Source: Balanoglossus misakiensis (Eukaryota; Animalia; Hemichordata). From it: 64,000 nucleotides of DNA. Below, in pieces: positions 40,001 through 54,102 of the stretch. The notes beneath the pieces were generated by a model. It was not told the origin of the DNA. It ran no database searches and worked only from the letters and a program-made list of their open reading frames with translations. The position numbers and the translations under genes were made by a program. Every line of letters begins with the position of its first letter. Position 1 is the stretch's first letter. The stretch is taken from the NCBI GenBank assembly GCA_040954595.2, contig CM082586.2, positions 11,873,337 to 11,937,336 on the forward strand, in the 5' to 3' direction.

Positions 40001-43000
40001 TTGTTTTCATTCTGTGACTGTTCCACTTAAATCTTGTAGAGAATTCGTTACTCCAAAACAAAGGCTTGAAACTATACATATTAAGTCTTTTTAGTAAAAC
40101 ATGGCCCGTTATTTGACCATTCTGTGAATTTCATTTATGATGTAAGAAATTAAATTATTTGCAATATTAAACTATCCCTTACAACATTCCAGCATAACTA
40201 TTTGAATATTTGTTTTCATTCTGTAACTGTTCAACTTAAATCTTGGAGAGAATTCGTTATTCCAAATTAAGCCTTGAAACTATACATAAGTCTTTTTAGT
40301 AAAACATGGCCCGTTATGTGACCATTCTTTGAATTTCATTTATGCTGTAAGAAATTAAATTATTTGCAATATTAATCTATCCCTTACAACATTCCGACAT
40401 AACTCTTTCCATATTTGTTTTCATTCTGTGACTGTTCCACTTAAATCTTGTAGAGAATTCGTTATTCCAAAACAAAGGCTTGAAACTATACATATTCTGT
40501 TACGTGACCTTTCTTTGAATTCCATTTATGGTGTAAGAAATTAAATTTTTTGCAATATTAATCTATCCCTTACAACATTCCAGCATAACTCTTTTTAATT
40601 TGTTTTCATTCTGTGACTGTTCTACTTAAATCTTGTAGAGTATTCGTTATTCCAAAACAAAGCCTTGAAACTATACATATCCTATTACGTGACATTTGTT
40701 TGAATTCCATTTATGATGTAAGAAATTAAATTATTTGCAATATTAATCTATTCCTTACAACATTCCGGCATAACTCTTTCCATATTTGTTTTCATTGTGT
40801 GACTGTTCCACTTAAATCTTGTAGAGAATTCGTTATTCCAAAACAAAGCCTTGAAACTATAACATAAGTCTTTTTAGTAAAACATATCCTGTTATGTGAC
40901 CATTCTTTGAATTCATTTTATGATGTAAGAAATTAAATTATTTGCAATATTAATCTATCCCTTACAACATTCCAGCATAACTCTTTCCATATTTGTTTTC
41001 ATTCTGTAACTGTTCAACTTAAATCTTGGAGAGAATTCGTTATTCCAAAACAAAGCCTTGAAACTATACATAAGTCTTTTTAGTAAAACATGGCCCGTTA
41101 TGTGACCATTCTTTGAATTCCATTTATGATGTAAGAAATTAAATTATTTGCAATATTAATCTATCCCTTACAACATTCCGACATAACTCTTTCCATATTT
41201 GTTTTCATTCTGTGACTGTTCCACTTAAATCTTGTAGAGAATTCGTTATTCCAAAACAAAGGCTTGAAACTATACATATCCTGTTACGTGACCTTTCTTT
41301 GAATTCCATTTATGGTGTAAGAAATTAAATTTTTTGCAATATTAATCTATCCCTTACAACATTCCAGCATAACTCTTTCCATACTTGTTTTCATTCTGTG
41401 ACTGTTGTACTTAAATCTTGTAGAGTATTCGTTATTCCAAAACAAAGCCTTGAAACTATACATATCCTGTTACGTGACGTTTGTTTGAATTCCAATTATG
41501 ATGTAAGAAATTAAATTATTTGCAATATTAATCTATTCCTTACAACATTCCGGCATAACTCTTTCCATATTTGTTTTCATTCTGTGACTGTTCCACTTAA
41601 ATCTTGTAGAGAATTCGTTATTCCAAAACAAAGCCTTGAAACTATAACATAAGTCTTTTTAGTAAAACATATCCTGTTATGTGACCATTCTTTGAATTCC
41701 ATTTATGATGTAAGAAATTAAATTATTTGCAATATTAATCTATCCCTTACAACATTGCGGCATAACTCTTTCCATATTTGTTTTCATTCTGTAACTGTTC
41801 AACTTAAATCTTGTAGAGAATTTGGTATTTCAACACAAATTCTTGAACCTATACATAATTCTTTTTAGTAAAACATATCCAGTTATGTGACCATTCTTTG
41901 AATTCCATTTATGATGTAAGTAATTAAATTTTATGCAATATTAATCTATCCCTTACAACATTTCAGCATAACTCTTTCCATATTTGTTTTCATTCTGTGA
42001 CTGTTCCACTTAAATCTTGTAGAGAATTCGTTACTCCAAAACAAAGGCTTGAAACTATACATATCCTGTTACGTGACCTTTCTTTGAATTCCATTTATGA
42101 TGTAAGAAATTAAATTATTTGCAATATTAATCTATTCCTTACAACATTCGGGCATAACTCTTTCCATATTTGTTTTCATTCTGTGACTGTTCCACTTAAA
42201 TCTTGTAGAGAATTCGTTATTCCAAAACAAAGCCTTGAAACTATAACTTAAGTCTTTTAGTAAAACATGGCCCGTTATGTGACCATTCTTTGAATTCATT
42301 TTATGATGTAAGAAATTAAATTATTTGCAATATTAATCTATCCCTTACAACATTCCAGCATAACTCTTTCCATATTTGTTTTCATTCTGTGACTATTCCA
42401 CTTAAATCTTGTAGAGAATTCGTTATTCCAAAACAAAGCCTTGAAACTATACATAAGTCTTTATAGTAAAACATGGCCCGTTATGTGACCATTCTTTGAA
42501 TTCCATTAATGATGTAAGAAATTAAATTATTTGCAATATTAATCTATCCCTTACAACATTTCAGCATAACTCTTTCTATATTTGTTTTCATTCTGTGACT
42601 GTTCCACTTAAATCTTGTAGAGAATTCGTTACTCCAAAACAAAGGCTTGAAACTATACATATCCTGTTACGTGACCTTTCTTTGAATTCCATTTATGATG
42701 TAAGAAATTAAATTATTTGCAATATTAATCTATCCCTTACAACATTTCAGCATAACTCTTTCCATATTTGTTTTCATTCTGTGACTGTTCCACTTATATC
42801 TTGTAGAGAATTCGTTATTCCAAAACAAAGCCTTGAAACTATAACATAAGTCTTTTTTAGTAAAACATGGCCCGTTATGTGACCATTCTTTGAATTCCAT
42901 TTATGCTGTAAGAAATTAAATTATTTGCAATATTAATCTATCCCTTACAACATTCCGACATAACTCTTTCCATATTTGTTTTCATTCTGTGACTGTTCCA

Positions 43001-46000
43001 CTTAAATCTTGTAGAGAATTCGTTATTCCAAAACAAAGGCTTGAAACTATACATATTCTGTTACGTGACCTTTCTTTGAATTCCATTTATGGTGTAAGAA
43101 ATTAAATTTTTTGCAATATTAATCTATCCCTAACAACATTCCAGCATAACTCTTTTTAATTTGTTTTCATTCTGTGACTGTTCTACTTAAATCTTGTAGA
43201 GTATTCGTTATTCCAAAACAAAGCCTTGAAACTATACATATCCTATTACGTGACATTTGTTTGAATTCCATTTATGATGTAAGAAATTAAATTATTTGCA
43301 ATATTAATCTATTCCTTACAACATTCCGGCATAACTCTTTCCATATTTGTTTTCATTGTGTGACTGTTCCACTTAAATCTTGTAGAGAATTCGTTATTCC
43401 AAAACAAAGCCTTGAAACTATAACATAAGTCTTTTTAGTAAAACATATCCTGTTATGTGACCATTCTTTGAATTCATTTTATGATGTAAGAAATTAAATT
43501 ATTTGCAATATTAATCTATCCCTTACAACATTCCGACATAACTCTTTCCATATTTGTTTTCATTCTGTGACTGTTCCACTTAAATCTTGTAGAGAATTCG
43601 TTATTCCAAAACAAAGGCTTGAAACTATACATATCCTGTTACGTGACCTTTCTTTGAATTCCATTTATGGTGTAAGAAATTAATTTTTTTGCAATATTAA
43701 TCTATCCCTTACAACATTCCAGCATAACTCTTTCCATACTTGTTTTCATTCTGTGACTGTTGTACTTAAATCTTGTAGAGTATTCGTTATTCCAAAACAA
43801 AGCCTTGAAACTATACATATCCTGTTACGTGACGTTTGTTTGAATTCCAATTATGATGTAAGAAATTAAATTATTTGCAATATTAATCTATTCCTTACAA
43901 CATTCCGGCATAACTCTTTCCATATTTGTTTTCATTCTGTGACTGTTCCACTTAAATCTTGTAGAGAATTCGTTATTCCAAAACAAAGCCTTGAAACTAT
44001 AACATAAGTCTTTTTAGTAAAACATATCCTGTTATGTGACCATTCTTTGAATTCCATTTATGATGTAAGAAATTAAATTATTTGCAATATTAATCTATCC
44101 CTTACAACATTCCGGCATAACTCTTTCCATATTTGTTTTCATTCTGTAACTGTTCAACTTAAATCTTGTAGAGAATTTGGTATTTCAACACAAATTCTTG
44201 AACCTATACATAATTCTTTTTAGTAAAACATATCCAGTTATGTGACCATTCTTTGAATTCCATTTATGATGTAAGTAATTAAATTTTATGCAATATTAAT
44301 CTATCCCTTACAACATTTCAGCATAACTCTTTCCATATTTGTTTTCATTCTGTGACTGTTCCACTTAAATCTTGTAGAGAATTCGTTACTCCAAAACAAA
44401 GGCTTGAAACTATACATATCCTGTTACGTGACCTTTCTTTGAATTCCATTTATGATGTAAGAAATTAAATTATTTGCAATATTAATCTATTCCTTACAAC
44501 ATTCGGGCATAACTCTTTCCATATTTGTTTTCATTCTGTGACTGTTCCACTTAAATCTTGTAGAGAATTCGTTATTCCCAAACAAAGCCTTAAAACTATA
44601 ACTTAAGTCTTTTAGTAAAACATGGCCCGTTATGTGACCATTCTTTGAATTCATTTTATGATGTAAGAAATTAAATTATTTGCAATATTAATCTATCCCT
44701 TACAACATTCCAGCATAACTCTTTCCATATTTGTTTTCATTCTGTGACTAATCCACTTAAATCTTGTAGAGAATTCGTTATTCCAAAACAAAGCCTTGAA
44801 ACTATACATAAGTCTTTATAGTAAAACATGGCCCGTTATGTGACCATTCTTTGAATTCCATTTATGATGTAAGAAATTAAATTATTTGCAATATTAATCT
44901 ATCCCTTACAACATTTCAGCATAACTCTTTCTATATTTGTTTTCATTCTGTGACTGTTCCACTTATATCTTGTAGAGAATTCGTTATTCCAAAACAAAGC
45001 CTTGAAACTATAACATAAGTCTTTTTTAGTAAAACATGGCCCGTTATGTGACCATTCTTTGAATTCCATTTATGCTGTAAGAAATTAAATTATTTGCAAT
45101 ATTAATCTATCCCTTACAACATTCCGACATAACTCTTTCCATATTTGTTTTCATTCTGTGACTGTTCCACTTAAATCTTGTAGAGAATTCGTTATTCCAA
45201 AACAAAGGCTTGAAACTATACATATTCTGTTACGTGACCTTTCTTTGAATTCCATTTATGGTGTAAGAAATTAAATTTTTTGCAATATTAATCTATCCCT
45301 TACAACATTCCAGCATAACTCTTTTTAATTTGTTTTCATTCTGTGACTGTTCTACTTAAATCTTGTAGAGTATTCATTATTCCAAAACAAAGCCTTGAAA
45401 CTATACATATCCTATTACGTGACATTTGTTTGAATTCCATTTATGATGTAAGAAATTAAATTATTTGCAATATTAATCTATTCCTTACAACATTCCGGCA
45501 TAACTCTTTCCATATTTGTTTTCATTCTGTGACTGTTCCACTTAAATCTTGTAGAGAATTCGTTATTCCAAAACAAATCCTTGAAACTATAACATAAGTC
45601 TTTTTAGTAAAACATATCCTGTTATGTGACCATTCTTTGAATTCATTTTATGATGTAAGAAATTAAATTATTTGCAATATTAATCTATCCCTTACAACAT
45701 TCCAGCATAACTCTTTCCATATTTGTTTTCATTCTGTAACTGTTCAACTTAAATCTTGGAGAGAATTCGTTATTCCAAAACAAAGCCTTGAAACTATACA
45801 TAAGTCTTTTTAGTAAAACATGGCCCGTTATGTGACCATTCTTTGAATTCCATTTATGATGTAAGAAATTAAATTATTTGCAATATTAATCTATCCCTTA
45901 CAACATTCCGACATAACTCTTTCCATATTTGTTTTCATTCTGTGACTGTTCCACTTAAATCTTGTAGAGAATTTGTTATTCCAAAACAAAGGCTTGAAAC

Positions 46001-49000
46001 TATACATATCCTGTTATGTGACCTTTCTTTGAATTCCATTTATGATGTAAGAAATTAAATTATTTGTAATATTAATCTATTCCTTACAACATTCGGGCAT
46101 AACTCTTTCCATATTTGTTTTCATTCTGTGACTGTTCCACTTAAATCTTGTAGAGAATTCGTTATTCCAAAACAAAGCCTTGAAACTATAACATAAGTCT
46201 TTTTAGTAAAACATATCCTATGTGACCATCCTTTGAATTCCATTTATGATGTAAGAAATTAAATTATTTGCAATATTAATCTATCCTTTACAACATTCCA
46301 GCATAACTCTTTCCATATTTGTTTTCATTCTGTAACTGTTCAACTTAAATCTTGTAGAGAATTTGGTATTTCAACACAAATTCTTGAACCTATACATAAT
46401 TCTTTTTAGTAAAACATATCCAGTTATGTGACCATTCTTTGAATTCCATTTATGATGTAAGTAATTAAATTTTATGCAATATTAATCTATCCCTTACAAC
46501 ATTTCAGCATAACTCTTTCCATATTTGTTTTCATTCTGTGACTGTTCCACTTAAATCTTGTAGAGAATTCGTTACTCCAAAACAAAAGCTTGAAACTATA
46601 CATATCCTGTTACGTGACCTTTCTTTGAATTCCATTTATGATGTAAGAAATTAAATTATTTGCAATATTAATCTATTCCTTACAACATTCCGGCATAACT
46701 CTTTCCATATTTGTTTTCATTCTGTGACTGTTCCACTTAAATCTTGTAGAGAATTCGTTATTCCAAAACAAAGCCTTCAAACTATACATATTAAGTCTTT
46801 TTAGTAAAACATGGCCCGTTATGTGACCATTCTTTGAATTTCATTTATGATGTGAGAAATTAAATTATTTGCAATATTAAACTATCCCTTACAACATTCG
46901 AGCATAACTATTTGAATATTTGTTTTCATTCTGTAACTGTTCAACTTAAATCTTGGAGAGAATTCGTTATTCCAAAACAAAGCCTTGAAACTATACATAA
47001 GTCTTTTTAGTAAAACATGGCCCGTTATGTGACCATTCTTTGAATTCCATTTATGATGTAAGAAATTAAATTATTTGCAATATTAATCTATCCCTTACAA
47101 CATTCCGACATAACTCTTTCCATATTTGTTTTCATTCTGTGACTGTTCCACTTAAATCTTGTAGAGAATTCGTTACTCCAAAACAAAGGCTTGAAACTAT
47201 ACATATCCTGTTACGTGACCTTTCTTTGAATTCCATTTATGATGTAAGAAATTAAATTATTTGCAATATTAATCTATTCCTTACAACATTCCAGCATAAC
47301 TCTTTCCATATTTGTTTTCATTCTGTGACTGCTCTACTTAAATCTTGTAGAGTATTCGTTATTCCAAAACAAAGCCTTGAAACTATACATATCCTGTTAC
47401 GTGACGTTTGTTTGAATTCCATTTATGATGTAAGAAATTAAATTATTTGCAATATTAATCTATTCCTTACAACATTCCGGCATAACTCTTTCCATATTTG
47501 TTTTCATTCTGTGACTGTTCCACTTAAATCTTGTAGAGAATTCGTTATTCCAAAACAAAGCCTTGAAACTATAACATAAGTCTTTTTAGTAAAACATATC
47601 CTGTTATGTGACCATTCTTTGAATTCCATTTATGATGTAAGAAATTAAATTATTTGCAATATTAATCTATCCCTTACAACATTCCGGCATAACTCTTTCC
47701 ATATTTGTTTTCAATCTGTAACTGTTCAACTTAAATCTTGTAGAGAATTTGGTATTTCAACACAAATTCTTGAACCTATACATAATTCTTTTTAGTAAAA
47801 CATATCCAGTTATGTGACCATTCTTTGAATTCCATTTATGATGTAAGTAATTAAATTTTATGCAATATTAATCTATCCCTTACAACATTTCAGCATAACT
47901 CTTTCCATATTTGTTTTCATTCTGTGACTGTTCCACTTAAATCTTGTAGAGAATTCGTTACTCCAAAACAAAAGCTTGAAACTATACATATCCTGTTACG
48001 TGACCTTTCTTTGAATTCCATTTATGATGTAAGAAATTAAATTATTTGCAATATTAATCTATTCCTTACAACATTCCGGCATAATTCTTTCCATATTTGT
48101 TTTCATTCTGTGACTGTTCCACTTAAATCTTGTAGATAATTCGTTATTCCAAAACAAAGCCTTGAAACTATAACATAAGTCTTTTAGTAAAACATATCCT
48201 GTTATGTGACCATTCTTTGAATTCATTTTATGATGTAAGAAATTAAATTATTTGCAATATTAATCTATCCCTTACAACATTCCAGCATAACTCTTTCCAT
48301 ATTTGTTTTCATTCTGTGACTATTCCACTTAAATCTTGTAGAGAATTCGTTATTCCAAAACAAAGCCTTGAAACTATACATAAGTCTTTTTAGTAAAACA
48401 TGGCCCGTTATGTGACCATTCTTTGAATTCCTTTTATGATGTAAGAAATTAAATTATTTGCAATATTAATCTATCCCTTACAACATTCCGACATAACTCT
48501 TTCCATATTTGTTTTCATTCTGTGACTGTTCCACTTAAATCTTGTAGAGAATTTGGTATTTCAACACAAATTCTTGAACCTATACATAAGTCTTTTTAGT
48601 AAAACATATCCAGTTATGTGACCATTCTTTGAATTCCATTTATGATGTAAGAAATTAAATTTTATGCAATATTATTCTATCCCTTACTACATTTCAGCAT
48701 AACTCTTTCCATATTTGTTTTCATTCTGTGACTGTTCCACTTAAATCTTGTAGAGAATTTGGTATTTCAACACAAATTCTTGAACCTATACATAAGTCTT
48801 TTTAGTAAAACATATCCAGTTATGTGACCATTCTTTGAATTCCATTTATGATGTAAGAAATTAAATTTTATGCAATATTATTCTATCCCTTACAACATTC
48901 CAGCATAACTCTTTCCATATTTGTTTTCATTCTGTGACTGTTCCACTTAAATCTTGTAGAGAATTCGTTATTCCAAAACAAAGCCTTGAAAATATACATA

Positions 49001-52000
49001 TCCTGTTATGTGACCTTTCTTTGAATACCATTTATGATGTAAGAAATTACATTATTTGCAGTATTAATCTATCCCTTACAACATTCCAGCAAAACTCTTT
49101 CCATATTTGTTTTCATTTTGTGACTGTTGCACTTAATTCTTGTAGTGAATTCGTTATTCCAAAACAAAGCCTTGAAACTATACATATCCTGTTACGTGAC
49201 CTTTCTTTGAATACCATTTATGATGTAACAAATTACATTATTTGCAATATTAATCTATCCCTTACAACATCTCAGCATAACTCTTTCCATATTTGATTTC
49301 ATATCCTGTTACGTGACCTTTCTTTGAATACCATTTATGATGTAAGAAATTACATTATTTGCAATATTAATCTATCCCATACAACATTCCAGCATAACTC
49401 TTTCCATATTTGTTTTCATTCTGTGACTGTTCCACTTAAATCTTGTAGAGAATTCGTTATTCCAAAACAAAGCCTTGAAACTATAACTTAAGTCTTTTAG
49501 TAAAACATGGCCCGTTATGTGACCATTCTTTGAATTCATTTTATGATGTAAGAAATTAAATTATTTGCAATATTAATCTATCCCTTACAACATTCCAGCA
49601 TAACTCTTTCCATATTTGTTTTCATTCTGTGACTATTCCACTTAAATCTTGTAGAGAATTCGTTATTCCAAAACAAAGCCTTGAAACTATACATATCCTG
49701 TTACGTGACCTGTCTTTGAATTCCATTTATGATGTAAGAAATTAAATTATTTGCAATATTAATCTATTCCTTACAACATTCCGGCATAACTCTTTCCATA
49801 TTTGTTTTCATTCTGTGACTGTTCCACTTAAATCTTGTAGAGAATTCGTTATTCCAAAACAAAGCCTTGAAACTATACATATCGTGTTACGTGATGTTTT
49901 GTTTGAATTCCATTTATGATGTAAGAAATTAAATTATTTGCAATATTAATCTATCCCTTACAACATTCCGGCATAACTCTTTCCATATTTGTTTTCATTC
50001 TGTAACTGTTCAACTTAAATCTTGGAGAGAATTCGTTATTCCAAAACAAAGCCTTGAAACTATACATAAGTCTTTTTAGTAAAACATGGCCCGTTATTTT
50101 ACCATTCTTTGAATTTCATTTATGATGTGAGAAATTAAATTATTTGCAATATTAAACTATCCCTTACAACATTCCAGCATAACTATTTGAATATTTGTTT
50201 TCATTCTGTAACTGTTCAACTTAAATCTTGGAGAGAATTCGTTATTCCAAAACAAAGCCTTGAAACTATACATAAGTCTTTTTAGTAAAACATGGCCCGT
50301 TATGTGAACATTCTTTGAATTCCATTTATGATGTAAGAAATTAAATTATTTGCAATATTAATCTATCCCTTACAACATTCCGACATAACTCTTTCCATAT
50401 TTGTTTTCATTCTGTGACTGTTCCACTTAAATCTTGTAGAGAATTTGGTATTTCAACACAAATTCTTGAACCTATACATAAGTCTTTTTAGTAAAACATA
50501 TTCAGTTATGTGACCATTCTTTGAATTCCATTTATGATGTAAGAAATTAAATTTTATGCAATATTATTCTATCCCTTACAACATTTCAGCATAACTCTTT
50601 CCATATTTGTTTTCATTCTGTGACTGTTCCACTTAAATCTTGTAGAGTATTCGTTATTCCAAAACAAAGCCTTGAAACTATACATATCCTGTTACGTGAC
50701 CTTTCTTTGAATTCCATTTATGATGTAAGAAATAAAATTATTTGCAATATTAATCTATTCCTTACAACATTCCGGCATAACTCTTTCCATATTTGTTTTC
50801 ATTCTGTGACTGTTCCACTTAAATCTTGTAGAGAATTCGTTATTCCAAAACAAAGCCTTGAAACTATAACATAAGTCTTTTTAGTAAAACATATCCTATG
50901 TGACCATTCTTTGAATTCCATTTATGATGTAAGAAATTAAATTATTTGCAATATTAATCTATCCCTTACAACATTCCAGCATAACTCTTTCCATATTTGT
51001 TTTCATTCTGTAACTGTTCAACTTAAATCTTGTAGAGAATTTGGTATTTCAACACAAATTCTTGAACCTATACATAATTCTTTTTAGTAAAACATATCCA
51101 GTTATGTGACCATTCTTTGAATTCCATTTATGATGTAAGTAATTAAATTTTATGCAATATTAATCTATCCCTTACAACATTTCAGCATAACTCTTTCCAT
51201 ATTTGTTTTCATTCTGTGACTGTTCCACTTAAATCTTGTAGAGAATTCGTTACTCCAAAACAAAAGCTTGAAACTATACATATCCTGTTACGTGACCTTT
51301 CTTTGAATTCCATTTATGATGTAAGAAATTAAATTATTTGCAATATTAATCTATTCCTTACAACATTCCGGCATAACTCTTTCCATATTTGTTTTCATTC
51401 TGTGACTGTTCCACTTAAATCTTGTAGAGAATTCGTTATTCCAAAACAAAGCCTTCAATCTATACATATTAAGTCTTTTTAGTAAAACATGGCCCGTTAT
51501 GTGACCATTCTTTGAATTTCATTTATGATGTGAGAAATTAAATTATTTGCAATATTAAACTATCCCTTACAACATTCGAGCATAACTATTTGAATATTTG
51601 TTTTCATTCTGTAACTGTTCAACTTAAATCTTGGAGAGAATTCGTTATTCCAAAACAAAGCCTTGAAACTATACATAAGTCTTTTTAGTAAAACATGGCC
51701 CGTTATGTGACCATTCTTTGAATTCCATTTATGATGTAAGAAATTAAATTATTTGCAATATTAATCTATCCCTTACAACATTCCGACATAACTCTTTCAA
51801 TATTTGTTTTCATTCTGTGACTGTTCCACTTAAATCTTGTACAGAATTTGGTATTTCAACACAAATTCTTGAACCTATACATAAGTCTTTTTAGTAAAAC
51901 ATATCCAGGTATGTGACCATTCTTTGAATTCCATTTATTATGTAAGAAATTAAATTTTATGCAATATTATTCTATCCCTTACAACATTTCAGCATAACTC

Positions 52001-53288
52001 TTTCCATATTTGTTTTCATTCTGTGACTGTTCCACTTAAATCTTGTAGAGAATTCGTTACTCCAAAACAAAGGCTTGAAACTATACATATCCTGTTACGT
52101 GACCTTTCTTTGAATTCCATTTATGATGTAAGAAATTAAATTATTTGCAATATTAATCTATTCCTTACAACATTCCAGCATAACTCTTTCCATATTTGTT
52201 TTCATTCTGTGACTGCTCTACTTAAATCTTGTAGAGTATTCGTTATTCCAAAACAAAGCCTTGAAACTATACATATCCTGTTACGTGACGTTTGTTTGAA
52301 TTCCATTTATGATGTAAGAAATTAAATTATTTGCAATATTAATCTATTCCTTACAACATTCCGGCATAACTCTTTCCATATTTGTTTTCATTCTGTGACT
52401 GTTCCACTTAAATCTTGTAGAGAATTCGTTATTCCAAAACAAAGCCTTGAAACTATAACATAAGTCTTTTTAGTAAAACATATCCTGTTATGTGACCATT
52501 CTTTGAATTCCATTTATGATGTAAGAAATTAAATTATTTGCAATATTAATCTATCCCTTACAACATTCCGGCATAACTCTTTCCATATTTGTTTTCATTC
52601 TGTAACTGTTCAACTTAAATCTTGTAGAGAATTTGGTATTTCAACACAAATTCTTGAACCTATACATAATTCTTTTTAGTAAAACATATCCAGTTATGTG
52701 ACCATTCTTTGAATTCCATTTATGATGTAAGTAATTAAATTTTATGCAATATTAATCTATCCCTTACAACATTTCAGCATAACTCTTTCCATATTTGTTT
52801 TCATTCTGTGACTGTTCCACTTAAATCTTGTAGAGAATTCGTTACTCCAAAACAAAAGCTTGAAACTATACATATCCTGTTACGTGACCTTTCTTTGAAT
52901 TCCATTTATGATGTAAGAAATTAAATTATTTGCAATATTAATCTATTCCTTACAACATTCCGGCATAATTCTTTCCATATTTGTTTTCATTCTGTGACTG
53001 TTCCACTTAAATCTTGTAGAGAATTCGTTATTCCAAAACAAAGCCTTGAAACTATAACATAAGTCTTTTTAGTAAAACATATCCTGTTATGTGACCATTC
53101 TTTGAATTCCATTTATGATGTAAGAAATTAAATTATTTGCAATATTAATCTATCCCTTACAACATTCCGACATAACTCTTTCCATATTTGTTTTCATTCT
53201 GTGACTGTTCCACTTAAATCTTGTAGAGAATTTGGTATTTCAACACAAATTCTTGAACCTATACATAAGTCTTTTTAGTAAAACATAT
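22041..53288 (+). repeat. AT-rich satellite, segment 2 (186/205-209-bp monomers with local higher-order repeats)
   Basis: Same monomer and orientation, resuming in register after the HINE; variant markers recur at kilobase spacings. Confidence 0.99.
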
Positions 53289-53879
53289 TGTGATGGAAAT
53301 TCTACATGTTGTCATTCTCATTTACCTGACGTTATTACCAGTGCCATAGATTGTTCTGCCTTCGTATACAGATAACTGGTGGCGTTCTTTATAACGCGAG
53401 TTTATGCATGCTTGTTCAGAAAAGAGTACTTCAATTCGATTGTTCTAGTGTTGTGTTCGTTTGACCAAATACAGTTTGTTGCCTTTCCCTATAAAATGAC
53501 AGGGACACGCCTTCCCGTCGACTTTCGGCCAATGGCAGTGGGAGGCTCATGTCACCTGACCTGTCAAGGGATGCGTCGTTTTCACTCGTGCTTAGGAGAA
53601 GTGGTGAGATTGGAGCTGTAACCTGCTGAGGTCGGACGTTTTTGTCGACCGTCTTAGTAATACATTGAGTTTCTTTTATTGCTGCTATTTGTGTTGTGCG
53701 TTATTACTTCGCCCTTTCTGGGAGACCCATTGTATCAAGGTTGAGCTGGGCCCGCGATTGGCGTACGCTACCGAGACAACTATTTTGGTGTGTGGACCTC
53801 ACCAGTCTATCCGCGTGGATTCGAACCGTGACGGGCGTTTGTTGCGGACCCGCGTAGCTAGAAATATAATTCCGCGACA
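53289..53879 (+). repeat. 5' LTR (591 bp)
   Basis: TGTGATGGAA...TTCCGCGACA; TATAAAA at 53490; only 3 differences from the 3' LTR seen by eye (53304, 53324, 53631). Confidence 0.98.
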
Positions 53880-53880
53880 T

Positions 53881-53903
53881 TGGTTGGCAGCGGTCGGATT
53901 CGA
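53881..53903 (+). promoter_or_regulatory. Primer-binding site, tRNA-Leu-like
   Basis: TGGTTGGCAGCGGTCGGATTCGA 1 nt after the LTR; matches the reverse complement of the animal tRNA-Leu(AAG/TAG) 3' end as I recall it (TGGTGGCAGCGGTGGGATTCGA) with one extra T and one mismatch. Confidence 0.8.
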
Positions 53904-54102
53904 CTTGGTGGTGGTTTACAGTCATTTTGACGGATCAAAATAAGGTTGGTACTGGCCCGTGTATTTTGTGTGTGAGAACCGAGTCAGGAATAAAGACGTT
54001 GTTGCGACTGTCGCTATCGCTGTTGAAATTTAGCGAGGGAATATTCGGATCGAACGGCCGGGGTTATTTTTGTCTTCTTGGTGTCGGTTCCTGGTTGGTT
54101 CG

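Noticed and set aside
18056-50874. Small ORFs inside the satellite (MTVPLKS..., MNSIYDV..., MEFKEW...) as genes
   Set aside because: They are translations of the monomer that appear wherever a stop is mutated; mostly non-ATG starts and no gene structure.
53790-53905. tRNA gene at the B-box/PBS region
   Set aside because: No cloverleaf can be built; the matches are short tRNA-complementary motifs only.
53379-53943. ORFs in the LTRs (also 60205-60739) as accessory genes
   Set aside because: Short, GTG/TTG or incidental starts, no motifs; they are duplicated only because the LTRs are.
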